Of a stretch of 64,000 nucleotides of DNA, positions 48,220-60,640 are shown piece after piece. The first letter of the stretch is position 1. Each line of letters starts with the position of its first letter. The position numbers and the translations under genes were made by a program. Source of the DNA: Mobula hypostoma (taxonomy: Eukaryota); NCBI RefSeq assembly GCF_963921235.1, contig NC_086108.1, positions 100,070,001-100,134,000 of the forward strand. Direction: 5' to 3'. The notes beneath the pieces were generated by a model, which worked only from the letters and a program-made list of their open reading frames with translations, had not been told where the DNA came from and did no database searches.

Positions 48220-49859
48220 TTTGGAGGGAGAATTCCAGAGTTTAGTCCTCACATTGGGAGAGTCTCTTCCTGACTGAGACAACCTGAGTGAACCAAGTGG
48301 CTGACCAGAGATCTGCAACCATCCTAATTTATAACTGGAAAACTCATTCGGCCAAACCCCTAAGGGGCAGGTGAACACTGCTTATTTACAACTCCCGACA
48401 GACTGAATGCTTTGAAACTGAACACGGTTCCTGCCCTTCTCCCCATCCTCCCCAGGTGATGAGTTGGGTTGTAAATCATTGCGGAGCCACCATTCCGTTC
48501 ACTGTGTTTTCCCCACTGACTGATAATGAAGCACATGCCCAACGGATGCCAGTGACACACCCTTCCCCTCAGTGCTGTCCAGTACCTCCCCTGAGTTCAA
48601 CCTCCCACTGTTGTCCTGTGTCCCACTCTTGACTTCTGCTCAGTCACCCCTGCTAGGCTCAAAATTAATATTAAAAATTATTCCTGGCAAGTTACCATGG
48701 GGAATGGGGAGAGGGAAAGAAGCTAACACAAGCAGTGAGGAGGGGTGGTGTCCATTGAAAGACCTAGATAGAGTGGACGTAGAGAGGATGTTTTCATTAG
48801 TGGGAGAGTCTAGGAGCAGAGAACAAAGCCTCAGAACAGAAGGATATCATTCCAGAACAGAAATAAGGAAGAATTTCTTTAGCCTAGAGGGTGGTGAATC
48901 TGGAATTCATTAACACAGGAGGCCAAGGCATTGGATATATTTAAGGTGGAGGTTGATAGGTTCTTGGTAAGTCAGGATGAAAAGGTTACAGGGAGAAAGC
49001 AGGAGAATGGGGTTGAGAGGGACTGAATGGTCTAATTTTGTTCCTATGTATTATGATCTAATGCTCTTCATTCCAGTCCCAAGCAGTCTCTTCTGGCAGT
49101 GGGCCTTCTCCTCCAGTTATACGTCCTAATGACACATTTTGCAAAAGCTATCGGAGCAGAGTCCTAGCCTGCCTCTGGGGTAATTCTCCTTGCAGCAGAG
49201 CAGAAAGGAAACTTTAACTGGATATTGGTATTGGTATATTATTGTCACTTGTACAAGATACAATGAAAAACTTGCCTTGCCTACCATTCATACAGATCAA
49301 CTCATTACACAGTGCATTGAGGCAGAACAATGTGAAACAATATCGATGCAAAAGCTACTGGGAAAGTAAAGTGCAGGTAAACAATAAGGTGCAACATCAT
49401 ACTGAGGTAGATTGTGAGGATGAGGGTCCAATGCAGTCACATGTTCACCCAAATACACACACATGAATGCATATGTTCACACACATCTCACAGACAACTA
49501 TGCACACGTGTATGGACATACACTAAAGCACACACACACACACACACACTATTGCAATTCAGAGGAAAACAGGAAGTTCAGACCTGCTATTATTTTTGGA
49601 CCCGGTCCAGAAAGGCTGCAGCAGTTCCCAGCAAATTTCTACGCCTCTAATTGCAGCCTGTGTCCAATTAATACGAAGTCCACTGTGACTCCGCTCAGAG
49701 TTTACTCTGGGTAATGGAGAGAGATAAGAATCTCTATTTGGTTACAGCTTCTTCCCCTCTGTCATCCAATTTCTGAATGGACATTGAACCCATGAAAACT
49801 ACCTCACTACATTTTTTTCTCTTTTGGCATTACTTATTTAATTTAACTTTATATATTCT

Positions 49860-50870
49860 TTCTGACTAACAGACTCCAATCAGTTAAGTTAGACAACCTT
49901 TCCTCCTCCACTCTCACCCTGAACACCGGCGTGCCTCAAGGCTGTGTGCTGAGCCCTCTTCTGTACTCCCTTTTCACCTATGACTGCGTTCCTGTACATG
50001 GTTCTGACTCCATAATCAAGTACGCAGACAACACCACGGTGCTTGGCCTGGTCAGAGGGATGACGAGACGGCTTACAAGGACGAGGTCCAGCACCTGGCT
50101 GCGTGGTGTGCCGACAACAACCTGGCCCTTAACACCCAGAAGACCAAGGAGATCAATTTAGACTTCAGGCATGCTAGGAGCCACATTCACATTCCCATCT
50201 ACATCAACGGAGCTGCAGTGGAGCGTGTATCAAGCTTCAAATTCCTTGGTGTCCACATTTCCGAGGATCTCACCTGGTCCCTGAACTCCTCCATTCTGGG
50301 CAAAAAGGCGCTGTGGAGCATCAAGAAAGCTCACCTCTGTCTCAGGATACTGATGGACTTTTACCACTGTACCATTGAGAGCATACTCACCAACCGCATC
50401 TCAGAGTGGTATGGCAATTGTCCCGTATTGGACCGCAAAGCACTCCAGTTTGTGGTGAAAACTGCCCAGTGGATTATCAGAACCAATTGCCCACCATTGA
50501 GAACATCTACCATAAACGCTGCCTGGGCAGGGCGAAAAGCATTATCAAGGATGCATCTCACCCTAACCATGGACTTTTTACTCTCCTCCCATCCGGTAGG
50601 CGCTACAGGAGCCTCCGCTCCCACACCAGCAGGCACAGGAAAAGCTTCTTCCCTGAGGCTGTGACCCTGCTGAACCTCACATCACAGCGCTAAGCAGTAT
50701 TGCACCCATATTGTACTGTCTCAGTACTTCTATATTTGTGTGCTGTAGCACTTTTTATTCGTAGTTATTTTGTAAATATTCTTTGCACTTCTGGTCAGAT
50801 GCTAACTGCATTTCATTGGCTTTGTACCTGTACTCGGCACAATACAATAAAGTTGAATCTAATCTAATAT
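49860..50870 (+). mobile_element. 5'-truncated Rex1/Babar LINE
   Basis: GVPQGCVLSPLLYSLFTYDC..IIKYADNTTV, ERVSSFKFLGVHISEDLTWS, LLPSGRRYRS. aataaa followed by (aatct)n. Confidence 0.88.
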
Positions 50871-51529
50871 TTTATATATATATTTACCATAATTTTTTAA
50901 TGTATTGCAATGTACTCTGCTGCCAAACAACAACAAATTTCACAACATATGCGGGTGATATTGGACCTGATTCTGATTCTGATTCCTCATGGCTTTCTGT
51001 CAGGCTGCCATTGGTTATGTTGTCCCAAAGCACAGGGAAGTTCCACCCTGAATGGGGACAAACAGGTAGAATTCCAGAAGAAAACTTGGCTCGGCATCCA
51101 TTGCTAAACTGGGAGGGTATGTTTGTTGCATATAGGGCATTAGTTGTCCTCTTCAGCAGGATTTACATTGCAAATTGTACTGCCTGGATGAATAGACACA
51201 ATGTTTACTCAGCGACAATGAGCACAGGGAAGACTTTCAACTAAAGAGTTCACAGTCGAGGTCAAAAGGTTATCCAGCTCACGTTCAGTGGTCATTGGTT
51301 GCATCAGGTCACCATGCACATGGAAAATAATATTGTGAGCTCATGGCTTCCTTCGTCTTCCTTTCAAACTACAAGGTCCTTTAGAACTTTTTACTCTGCT
51401 GCACTACATGACTTTACTCGATTTCTCAAAGAGAAAGTGTCAGAGGGATCTTTTGTTCTAAGGAATGCATAATTATTCAAACGGATACACACACCTTACC
51501 ACACAGTTGAAGGCTGTTCCATGGTATTT

Positions 51530-51805
51530 ATTTATTTAGAGATAGAGCACAGAATAGGACCTTCCTGCCCAATGAGCCACACTGCCCAGCAACCCACCCA
51601 TTTAACCCTAGCCTAGTCACAGGAACAATTTACAATGGCCAATTAACCTTCTAACCAGTAGGTCTTCGAACTGTGGGAGTAAACTTACCCAGTCATGGGG
51701 TGAACGTACAAACTCCTTACAGACGGCGCCAGAACTGAACTCCAAACTCCAACGCTCTGAGCAATAATTGCTTTGCGCTAACTGCTACGTCACCGTGGCT
51801 GTGCC
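51530..51805 (-). mobile_element. V-SINE (HE1-like)
   Basis: Homologous to 6215-6454. Confidence 0.65.
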
Positions 51806-51949
51806 CTGCAAGAGTAATCCTTCCAACATCATTCCGAACAATCTCCTGACAGAAGCGTAAGGAGATGAGCAACCCTTCCATTTCTTTCTCCTGTTTTTTT
51901 TTAATCAAGCATCCACTTTATTAATTACAGATGCACTTATAGGGATTGC

Positions 51950-52190
51950 AAGGCGGCATAGTGGTTAATGCAACCCTTTACATGGATGGCGGCCTGGGTT
52001 CGGATCCTGCGCTGCCTGTAAGGAGCTTGTATGTTCTCCCCATGACTGTGTGAGTTTCCTTTGGGTGCTCCAGTTTCCTCCCACATCCCAACAAGTGCGG
52101 GTTAATAGGTTAATTGGTCACAGGGGTATAATTGGGTGGCTTGGGCTCATTGGGCCAGAAGGGCCTGTTACCATGCTGTACCTCAAAAAC
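51950..52190 (+). mobile_element. V-SINE (HE1-like)
   Basis: tagtggtt A-box, gggttcggatcc B-box, V-domain gtttcctttgggtgctccagtttcctcccaca. Confidence 0.75.
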
Positions 52191-52994
52191 AAATTTACCT
52201 CATCAAATTTAAGCCTTTCTATGGGTGGCAATATTTCTGCTGAATTTTTGCCAGATTTATCACCAGTATTAAATGTCTCTGTGAGTGGCATTTTCACCTA
52301 AGGAAGCCATGGGTTCAAGGCTCCCTCCAAAAACTTATTTATTGATTGATTGAGATACAGTGTGGAATCGGGCCTTCCAGCCCCTGTAAGCATGGAGGCT
52401 TTGGAGAGGGTGCAGCATAGGGTTCACTGGAATTTTACCTGGATTGGAGAGATATTCTATTGGAAAGATTGGATTGTTTTCTCTGGAACGTTAAAAGCCG
52501 AGAAGTGACCAGATAGAAATATATAAAGTAAAATTCTGAGAGCCAGATAGAGGCTAGATGATTCTTTTACTCAGGGTGCAAATATCAAATACCAGAGGGA
52601 TAGGTTTCAGTCGAAAGAGCGAAAGTTTAAAAGAGACTTATAAGGCAAATTTTCTTTTCACAGAGAGTGGTCAGTGTCTGATGGCAATTGAATGCAGTTG
52701 GTGTTACTGCAAAAAATGCGGCCTCAGCCACCAGCTGCAATGTAGACTTGGAATCAGTTGGTTGATTTATAAAGTATCGTGTGCTTCTTGGAGTGCAACA
52801 TCAAGTACACAGTAGGCAAATACACGCACAGGCGTCTTCGCTCTGTGGGCCACTTCTTCAGAATGAAGACCATCATCCTCGACCTTGAGGGATAGACACG
52901 ACGACGACGGCAATGTAGATGCAGTCATCAGCTTCATCGTAAATCCATTGAGAAGTGTGCGAGAGGTGTCCTGGGTGGACGAACAGTCTTCAAA

Positions 52995-54502
52995 CCAGAA
53001 TCAGAATCAGAATCAGGCATATGGCGTGAAATTTGTTAACTTAGCAGCAGCAGTTCAATGCAATACGTAATCCAATGTAACACTCGCTTTGCCTAGTGGC
53101 ATGATCTCTGGGGTGATAACCCCCTGCCCGGCCAAATTTTAGACCTCTCATTTGGGTGGATGCTGTGCGCTGTGTCCCCTGTTTCAAATCAGTACCCCAA
53201 AATAACAAGCAGTACACAATATGCGGTGCGGTTAAACGATTAAGATTTTATATTTGACTGTGGGGTTAATATAGAAACAAAATATAAAATAAAAGGTGCC
53301 AAGAATCTTATTAAACAGTTCGTGCACAATTCGTTGGAGCTCATGGTTCCACTTCGCTGATTCCTCCTTCGATCGTCGTCGACCTCCAGCTCCCGCCGGA
53401 GCCCAGAGGGTCGGGCAGCCCACCGACTCCTCAAGTCACATCTCCTCTCTTCATTCCCCTCGCACCTTCTGCCTAAAGCCCACGACAACCAACAGCTTTC
53501 ACACAGACTAGAAAAAATAACATCTCGCCCATTGGTTAACAATTGAATGCCAAAGTCCCATTATCTCAGTTATAACCCAAACATGCTGCTACAGAGAACC
53601 CATTACCTCAGCAGTTAACATTACAGAGAAGCCATTTTACCATAACACTACAGAAAAGCCATTTCATTAGCCTTAGCAGTTAACATGAAAGAGAAACTCT
53701 TATACTAGCAGAGAAAAAAATAATAATAATAATCAATAAACAAGTAAATCAATTATGTATATTGACTAGATTAAAAAAGTGCAAGAACAGAAATACTGTA
53801 TATTAAAAAAAAAGTGAGGCAGTGTCCAAAGATTCAATGTCCACTTAGGAATCAGTTGACAGAGGGGAAGAAGCTGTTTCTGAATCGCTGAATGTGTGCC
53901 TTCAGGCTTCTGTACCTCCTACCTGATGGTAACAGTGAGAAAAGGGCATGCCCTGGGCGCTGGAGGTCCTTAACAATGGACGCTGCCTTTCTGAGACACC
54001 ACTCCCTGGAGATATCCTGGGTGCTTTGTAGGCTAGTGCCCAAGATGGAGCTGACTAGATCTACCACCTTCTGCAGCTTCTTTCGGTCCTGTGCAGTAGG
54101 TCCTCCATACCAGACAGTGATGCAGCCTGTCAGAATGCTCTCTACGGTACAACTATAGAAGTGTTTGAGTGTATTTGTTGACATGCCAAATCTCTTCAAA
54201 CTCCTAATGAAGTACAGCTGCTGTCTTCCCTTCTTTATAACTCCATCGATATGTTGGGACCAGGTTAGATCCTCAGAGATCTTGACACCCAGGAACTTGA
54301 AGCTGCTCACTCTCTCCACTTCTGATCCCTCTATGAGGATTGATATGTGATCCTTCGTCTTACCCTTCATGAAGTCCACAATCAGCTCTTTCGTCTTACT
54401 GACGTTGAGTGCCATGTTGTTGCTGTGGCACCACTCCACTAGTTGGCATATCTCACTCCTGTACGCTCTCTGGTCACCACCTGAGATTCTACCAACAATG
54501 GT
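52995..54502 (-). mobile_element. Rex1/Babar LINE 3' portion, split by an LTR-like insert
   Basis: ORF 53852-54541 (LNVSKTKELIVDF, FKFLGV, FYSCTVESILTGCITVWYG, LLPSGRRYRS). (cagaat)n tail at about 52996-53015. Confidence 0.9.
53076..53704. mobile_element. Solo-LTR-like insert, 629 bp
   Basis: Begins tgtaac and ends cttata (close to cttaca). Cleanly interrupts the Rex1 3' UTR. Putative TSD is poor (ccaa/ctag). Confidence 0.5.
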
Positions 54503-54564
54503 TAATTCATGGGATGTGTGCCTAAATGACAAGCCAAGCATCTATGGTTCCTTAGGATTTGTTT

Positions 54565-54790
54565 TTAGAGATACAACACTGTAACAGGCCTTTCTGGCCC
54601 AACAAACCTGCACGTCCCAATTACACTCATGTGACCAATTAATTTACTAATCCACGTATCTTTGGAATGTGCAAGGAAGCCAGAGCATCCGTAGAAAACA
54701 CACGCCATCTCGGGTATGCATTACAGACAGTGGCGGAATTGAACCTGGGTCGCTGGTGATGCACTAACCACTACACCACCATGCTGCCCC
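54565..54790 (-). mobile_element. V-SINE (HE1-like)
   Basis: Homologous to the other minus-strand copies. Head reads ggggcagcatggtggtgtagtggttag. Confidence 0.65.
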
Positions 54791-56661
54791 AATTTGACGG
54801 CGAGCGGCCGTCAGCGCACACCACCGTCTTTCTTCGAGGCAGCTTGATGCAGACATTCTGAGGGTCTGAAGTCACACTCAGACTGCACTCGGTAACGCCA
54901 GCAGATTGCCTTCCTTCCCTGAAGTGCATTAATGAACCAGATGTTTCTTTTTTAAATCACAATCCAGAAATTTCATGGTCCTTGGTACTTTTTTTGTTGA
55001 AGTTCCAGATAATTTAATTAACTGAATTTAAATTTGGCATTTGCCTTTCTGGGATTTGAACTGTATTTTCATTCAAGGCTCTTGGATTGCCTGTCCTTGG
55101 ATTTAACCATTATACTACCAGTTCATATGGATCTCTGCAAACTCCCTGAAATTGAATTTGAGCTTTCTGCAGGTTTCTCCGACATAGATCTTTCTTTGGT
55201 ACACACTCACCACGTTCTGCTAGCTCACTGCTCCAGTGACCTGACCCAGGATGCTGTCGAGGCAGAATTTGCACATTCTCTCTGTAACTGGATGTGTTTC
55301 CCCCAAGTCTCCGATATTCTGATTCAGATTCACTTATCACATGTACATCAAAGTATACAATGAGGGCATCATTTGCGTTAACAACCAACACACTCGGGCG
55401 TGCACTGGGGCAGCCCATTAAGTGTCGCCACTCATTCCGGCGCCAATGTGCCTTGCCCACAGTGTTCAGCAGAAGAGCACATGCAACAACAACAACAGAA
55501 CAACAGCAACAGCCCCTCCGTCCCACCCAGCCACTTACACACACAGACAGACCCCCAGCTCCGGGACTCCAGTCTCTAGCAGGCTCACAGGCTCATAGGG
55601 CCAGTGCTTTGTCTATTGGAGATTGACTTCGAGACTTTCAATGGACTTCAATCTTCGCTATCAACCCCAGAACTTGTTGATAACAGAACCCTCGAACTCC
55701 GGACTCACTGATGAAGAGACCTGAAATATTCTCAATGTTTCAGGAACAGCATCTTCACCTCTGCTATTGAATTTCTGAATGGGCAATGAACCCACGAACA
55801 CTACCTCCGTTTTTTTTTCCCACTTTTTTCATACTTACTAATTTATTTCTTAATATACTTCTTTTTGTAATTTATACAATGAGAAGTGTATCTAAAAAAG
55901 GGACAGGACCGTTCAGCTCTGGCCTGAATTAAGGGTCCATGGGCGGACTGTCTTTGTGGACTTCAGTTCCAAACGCTATTTGCTTGCATTCATTGTTTGC
56001 ATGATTTGTTTTTTTTATATCTCTGCAGTTTGCGTGTTTGACTGTCTTCTATTCTTTAATGGATTCTTCTGGGCTTCTTTGTTTCGTGGCTGCCTGTTAG
56101 GAGACAAATCTCAAGCTTGCATAATGTATAGATACTGTGATAATAAGTGTACTTTGAGTTTGAAGCTGTTGCTGAATCATTAAGTGTGGTCTTCCGGCTC
56201 CTGTACCTCCTTCCCGATGGTAGAATCGAGAAGAGGGCATGTTCTGGATTCTACACAATAGATGCCATTTTTGTGAAATGTCACTCCATGAAGATGTCTT
56301 CAGTGGAGTGGAGAGTTGTGTCCATGTTGGAACTGGCTGAATCTACAAACCTATGCAGTCTTTTGCGATCCTGTGCATTGGAGGTCCATACCAGGCTGGG
56401 GTGCAGCCGGTCAATATGCTCTCCTCCATATATCTGTAACAATTTGTAAAAGTCTTTGTGACATACTGAATCTCCTCGAGCTCATAATGAAGTAGAGCCC
56501 CGACAGGAAAGTACACATAGAGGACAGCCACGAAGGTGAAGCACAAACTTGAGTAAAGGACTCAAACAACAGGAATTCTGCAGATGCTGGAAATTCAAGC
56601 AACACACATCAAAGTTGCTGGTGAACGCAGCAGGCCAAGCAGCATCTATAGGAAGAGGCGC

Positions 56662-56697
56662 AGTCGACGTTTCAGGCCGAGACCCTTCGTCAGGACT
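56662..56697 (-). ncRNA. Minimal type I hammerhead ribozyme motif (intact core)
   Basis: AGUC-CUGACGA-A-GGGUCUCGGCCU-GAAA-CG-UC^-GACU. Confidence 0.8.
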
Positions 56698-56990
56698 AAC
56701 TGAAGGAAGAGTGAGTAAGGGATTTGAAAGCTGGAGGGGGAGGGGGAGATGCAAAATGATAGGAGAAGACAGGAGGGGGAGGGATAGAGCCGAGAGCTGG
56801 ACAGGTGATAGGCAAAAGGGGATACGAGAGGATCATGGGACAGGAGGTCCGGGAAGAAAGACAGGGGGGGGGTGACCCAGAGGATGGGCAAGAGGTATAT
56901 TCAGAGGGACAGAGGGAGAAAAAGGAGAGTGAGAGAAAGAATGTGTGCATAAAAATGAGTAACAGCTGGGGTACGAGGGGGAGGTGGGGC

Positions 56991-58016
56991 CTAGCGGAAG
57001 TTAGAGAAGTCAATGTTCATGCCATCAGGTTGGAGGCTACCCAGATGGAATATAAAGTGTTGTTCCTCCAACCTGAATGTGGCTTCATCTTTACAGTAGA
57101 GGAGGCCATGGATAGACATGTCAGAGTGGGAATGGGATGTGGAATTAAAATGTGTGGCCACTGGGAGATCCTGCTTTCTCTGGCGGACAGAGTGTAGATG
57201 TTCAGCAAAGCGGTCTCCCAGTCTGCGTCGGGTCTCACCAATATATAAAAAGCCACATCGGGAGCACCGGACGCAGTATATCACCCCAGTCGACTCACAG
57301 GTGAAGTGATGCCTCACCTGGAAGGACTGTTTGGGGCCCTGAATGGTGGTAAGGGAGGAAGTGTAAGGGCATGTGTAGCACTTGTTCCGCTTACACGGAT
57401 AAGTGCCAGGAGGGAGATCAGTGGGGAGGGATGCGGGGGACGAATGGACAAGGGAGTTGTGTAGGGAGCGATCCCTGCGGAATGCAGAGAGAGGTGGGGA
57501 GGGAAAGATGTGCTTAGTGGTGGGATCCCGTTGGAGGTGGCGGAAGTTACGGAGAATAATATGTTGGACCCGGAGGCTGGTGGGGTGGTAGGTGAGGACC
57601 AGGGGAACCCTATTCCTAGTGGGGTGGTGGGAGGATGGAGTGAGAGCAGATGTACGTGAAATGGGGGAGATGCGTTTAAGAGCAGAGTTGATAGTGGAGG
57701 AGGGGAAGCCCCTTTCTTTAAAAAATGAAGACATCTCCCTCGTCCTAGAATGAAAAGTCTCATCCTGAGAGCAGATGCGGCGGAGACGGAGGAATTGCGA
57801 GAAGGGGATGGCGTTTTTGCAAGAGACAGGGTGGGAAGAGGAATAGTCCAGATAGCTGTGAGAGTCAGTAGGCTTATAGTAGACATCAGTGGATAAGCTG
57901 TCTCCAGAGACAGAGACAGAAAGATCTAGAAAGGGGAGGGAGGTGTCGGAAATGGACCAGGTAAACTTGAGGGCAGGGTGAAAGTTGGAGGCAAAGTTAA
58001 TAAAGTCAACGAGTTC
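56991..58016 (-). CDS. Penelope-like ORF, C-terminal part: RT palm/thumb, Cys linker and GIY-YIG endonuclease (5'-truncated, uninterrupted)
   Basis: ELVDFINFASNFHPALKFT..LPFLDLSV..DVYYKPTDSHSYLDYSSSHP; CKRNKCYTC linker; GVIYCVRCSRCGFLYIGETRRRLGDRFAEH..EEQH..PDGMN. The first ~24 aa of listed ORF 56991..58088 come from the inverted arm. Confidence 0.92.
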   Translation of the reverse strand, partial: ELVDFINFASNFHPALKFTWSISDTSLPFLDLSVSVSGDSLSTDVYYKPTDSHSYLDYSSSHPVSCKNAIPFSQFLRLRRICSQDETFHSRTREMSSFFKERGFPSSTINSALKRISPISRTSALTPSSHHPTRNRVPLVLTYHPTSLRVQHIILRNFRHLQRDPTTKHIFPSPPLSAFRRDRSLHNSLVHSSPASLPTDLPPGTYPCKRNKCYTCPYTSSLTTIQGPKQSFQVRHHFTCESTGVIYCVRCSRCGFLYIGETRRRLGDRFAEHLHSVRQRKQDLPVATHFNSTSHSHSDMSIHGLLYCKDEATFRLEEQHFIFHLGSLQPDGMNIDFSNFR

Positions 58017-58508
58017 TGTCCGCCAGAGAAAGCAGGATCTCCCAGTGGCCACACAGTTTAATTCCACATCCCATTCCCATTCTGACATGTCTATCCACGG
58101 CCTCCTCTACTGTAAAGATGAAGCCACACTCAGGTTGGAGGAACAACACCTTATATTCCGTCTGGGTAGCCTCCAACCTGATGGCATGAACATTGACTTC
58201 TCTAACTTCCGCTAGGCCCCACCTCCCCCTCGTACCCCAGCTGTTACTCATTTTTATGCACACATTCTTTCTCTCACTCTCCTTTTTCTCCCTCTGTCCC
58301 TCTGAATATACCTCTTGCCCATCCTCTGGGTCACCCCCCCCCCATCTTTCTTCCCGGACCTCCTGTCCCATGATCCTCTCGTATCCCCTTTTGCCTACCA
58401 CCTGTCCAGCTCTCGGCTCTATCCCTCCCCCTCCTGTCTTCTCCTATCATTTTGCATCTCCCCCTCCCCCTCCAGCTTTCAAATCCCTTACTCACTCTTC
58501 CTTCAGTT

Positions 58509-58544
58509 AGTCCTGACGAAGGGTCTCGGCCTGAAACGTCGACT
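58509..58544 (+). ncRNA. Minimal type I hammerhead ribozyme motif (intact core)
   Basis: agtc CTGACGA a gggtctcggcct GAAA cg TC gact. Predicted cleavage after 58540. Confidence 0.8.
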
Positions 58545-60232
58545 GCGCCTCTTCCTATAGATGCTGCTTGGCCTGCTGCGTTCACCAGCAACTTTGATGT
58601 GTGTTGCTTGAGTAAAGGACTTCTGTGTGCATAGTGTCCCTGTGTGCAAACCTGGTATGTAATTGAAGAGGATAGCAGAGAGAACGCCTCAGTATCTGAG
58701 CTTGATTTAAATGATGTGGGTGAGTTTGACACAAGTTCCCAAGTCCCAAGAGTGACAAACCCTTCATCTAGGCCTTCAGTGCAACATCAAAAATCCTTGG
58801 TTTCCTCTCTTCTGTGTTCTTCAATTTCCCAGGTCAGATGTACTTCCTGCACAAATATCAACACCTGCTATAAGCTGACTTTCAACAGTATATCAGTTGT
58901 CATTTCGGGGCCAAGCCCGTTCAAAATGGCAACTGCTTATTCCATTCCATAGGTGCAGCCTGACCTGCTGAGTTTCTCAAGCATTGCTCTGGATTTCCAG
59001 CATTTGCAGAATCTCTTGTGCTTAAGCAGTTGCATGGTACTTTTAATCGGTCACAGCCACTCACAATATTGGGCCCACCGCTGATGCTAATGAACAGTGC
59101 AGTTATCACTGGCTGGACATTATAATGTACAGGCAACAGTAAGTTCAAATTGCAATCCACGGGTGCAGGTTAATGACACATTGAGATCATTTTCGGGGCT
59201 ATTGAATTTAGTCCCCAGTGTATTTGGCCAGTAGTTAACAACAGTGAATTGTGGTACTCATTTCCTGCACATTTCCTTAATGTTATTTGCATGTACTCAT
59301 TTAATTTAAATTGAATTTGAATTAAATAACACTACCTAAATTATGCAGATGGGTTTTATTCAAATTCAAGCCAAATTTAGAACCTGCTGCTTTGCCAAGA
59401 TTGTCATTTCCCAGAATGAATCCCACATTTTTCTAGCTGCCCTGATGAAAATTGGATTTGAAACTTTCCACAACAGTAAGGTTGCTGGGTATCCAAGAGA
59501 GGGAGAATCAGCCCCCTGACCTTGCTGTGAACTTCTCAAAAGCCTTGCCTGTGATGTCCTACCTATTAACAAAAGAATTAAAACATGCTCTGTATTTTTA
59601 TTTCACATCATTTTCTCTCCCTCTGCACTCAAGAGGTAAACATCATTAGATCATAAGATATAGGAGCAGACTTGGGCCATATGGCCCATTGATTCTGCAC
59701 CACCATTCCATTGTGGCTGATTTATTATCCCTCTTAATCCCATTCTCCTGCCTTCTCCACGTAACCTTTACCAGCCTTACTAATCGAGAACCTATTAACC
59801 TCTGCTTTAAATATACGTAATGACTCCGTCTCTGCAGCCATCAGATTCACCAGCCTCTGACTAAAAAAGTTCGTCCTCATCTCTATTCTAAAGGGATGTT
59901 TTTCTATTCTGTGACTGTGCCCTCTGGTCCTAGACTCCCCGGCTATAGGGAACATCCACTCCAAACCTACTCTGTCTAGATTTTTCAATATTTGGTAGGT
60001 TCCAGAGATTCCCCCCGCACTCTCCCCCCCCCCATTCATCTAAAGGAGACAGGCCAAGAACCATCAAATGCTCCTTGTGCATTAACCCTTTCTCTCCCAT
60101 GATCATTTGTGTTAACCTCTTCTGGACTCTCTCCAATGCCTGCACATCCTTTCTTAGATAACGGGGCCAAAACTGCCCACAATACTCCAAGCGCGGTCTG
60201 ACCAAGGCCTTATAAAGCCTCAGCAATACATC

Positions 60233-60640
60233 ATACAATAACCACATGAGATTCTTCAGACGCTGGAAATTCAGAGCAACACACACAACATGCTAGAGGA
60301 ACTCAGCAGATCAGGTTCTGACCCAAAACATTGACTGTTTCTTCAGTTACATGGATGCTGCCTTGTTTAGTTTTCTAACTCTAAAATATAAACTAATTTG
60401 AAATAAAAACATGGATCCAGGAATACCTTGTCTAACTTCATTTTTACTTTAAACGAGCTGTGTGCATATGATGTGGTGGTGTGATGACGTACGCCATTCA
60501 CGTACTTTTACGTATAACCCGTAATTAAGTATTTAAATGAACAAGAATACTTGATTAAAGAATATATTTACAATATTACTGAAATATTAAATACACGGCA
60601 GCCTGACCTATGAAGTTCCTCCAGCATTTTGAGGGTGTTG
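60233..60640. mobile_element. Penelope-derived palindromic element with 14-bp TSD, itself split by a solo LTR
   Basis: TSD ctcagcaatacatc (60219-60232) and ctcagcattacatc (60641-60654). Inverted arms with the tail on the left only. Confidence 0.75.
60364..60600. mobile_element. Solo LTR, 237 bp
   Basis: TG...CA termini and 4-bp TSD gcct (60360-60363, 60601-60604). Confidence 0.65.

Larger units (their letters stand above)
56563..58606. mobile_element. Young Neptune-type Penelope-like element, 5'-truncated, head-to-head fold-back, 15-bp TSD
   Basis: Inverted arms 56595-57191 and 58015-58611 (597 bp, 9 mismatches by hand count). TSD cttgagtaaaggact at 56548-56562 and 58607-58621. Confidence 0.95.

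Noticed and set aside
51950..52015. tRNA gene
   Set aside because: The A/B boxes belong to the tRNA-derived head of a V-SINE and there is no cloverleaf. The same applies to the other SINE heads.
56563..58606. DNA transposon with long TIRs
   Set aside because: The arms include part of the endonuclease ORF and are asymmetric, the protein is RT/GIY-YIG rather than a transposase, and TSD length varies among relatives.
56482..58732. Many overlapping Pro/Ser/Leu-rich or Gly/Arg/Glu-rich ORFs (also at 4085-4820, 7507-8337, 21422-21815 and 47918-48378)
   Set aside because: They are by-products of purine/pyrimidine-skewed terminal repeats and microsatellites that lack stop codons.
58644..58952. 102-aa ORF with a GTGAGT donor at 58720
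   Set aside because: No convincing acceptor and no recognisable protein motif.
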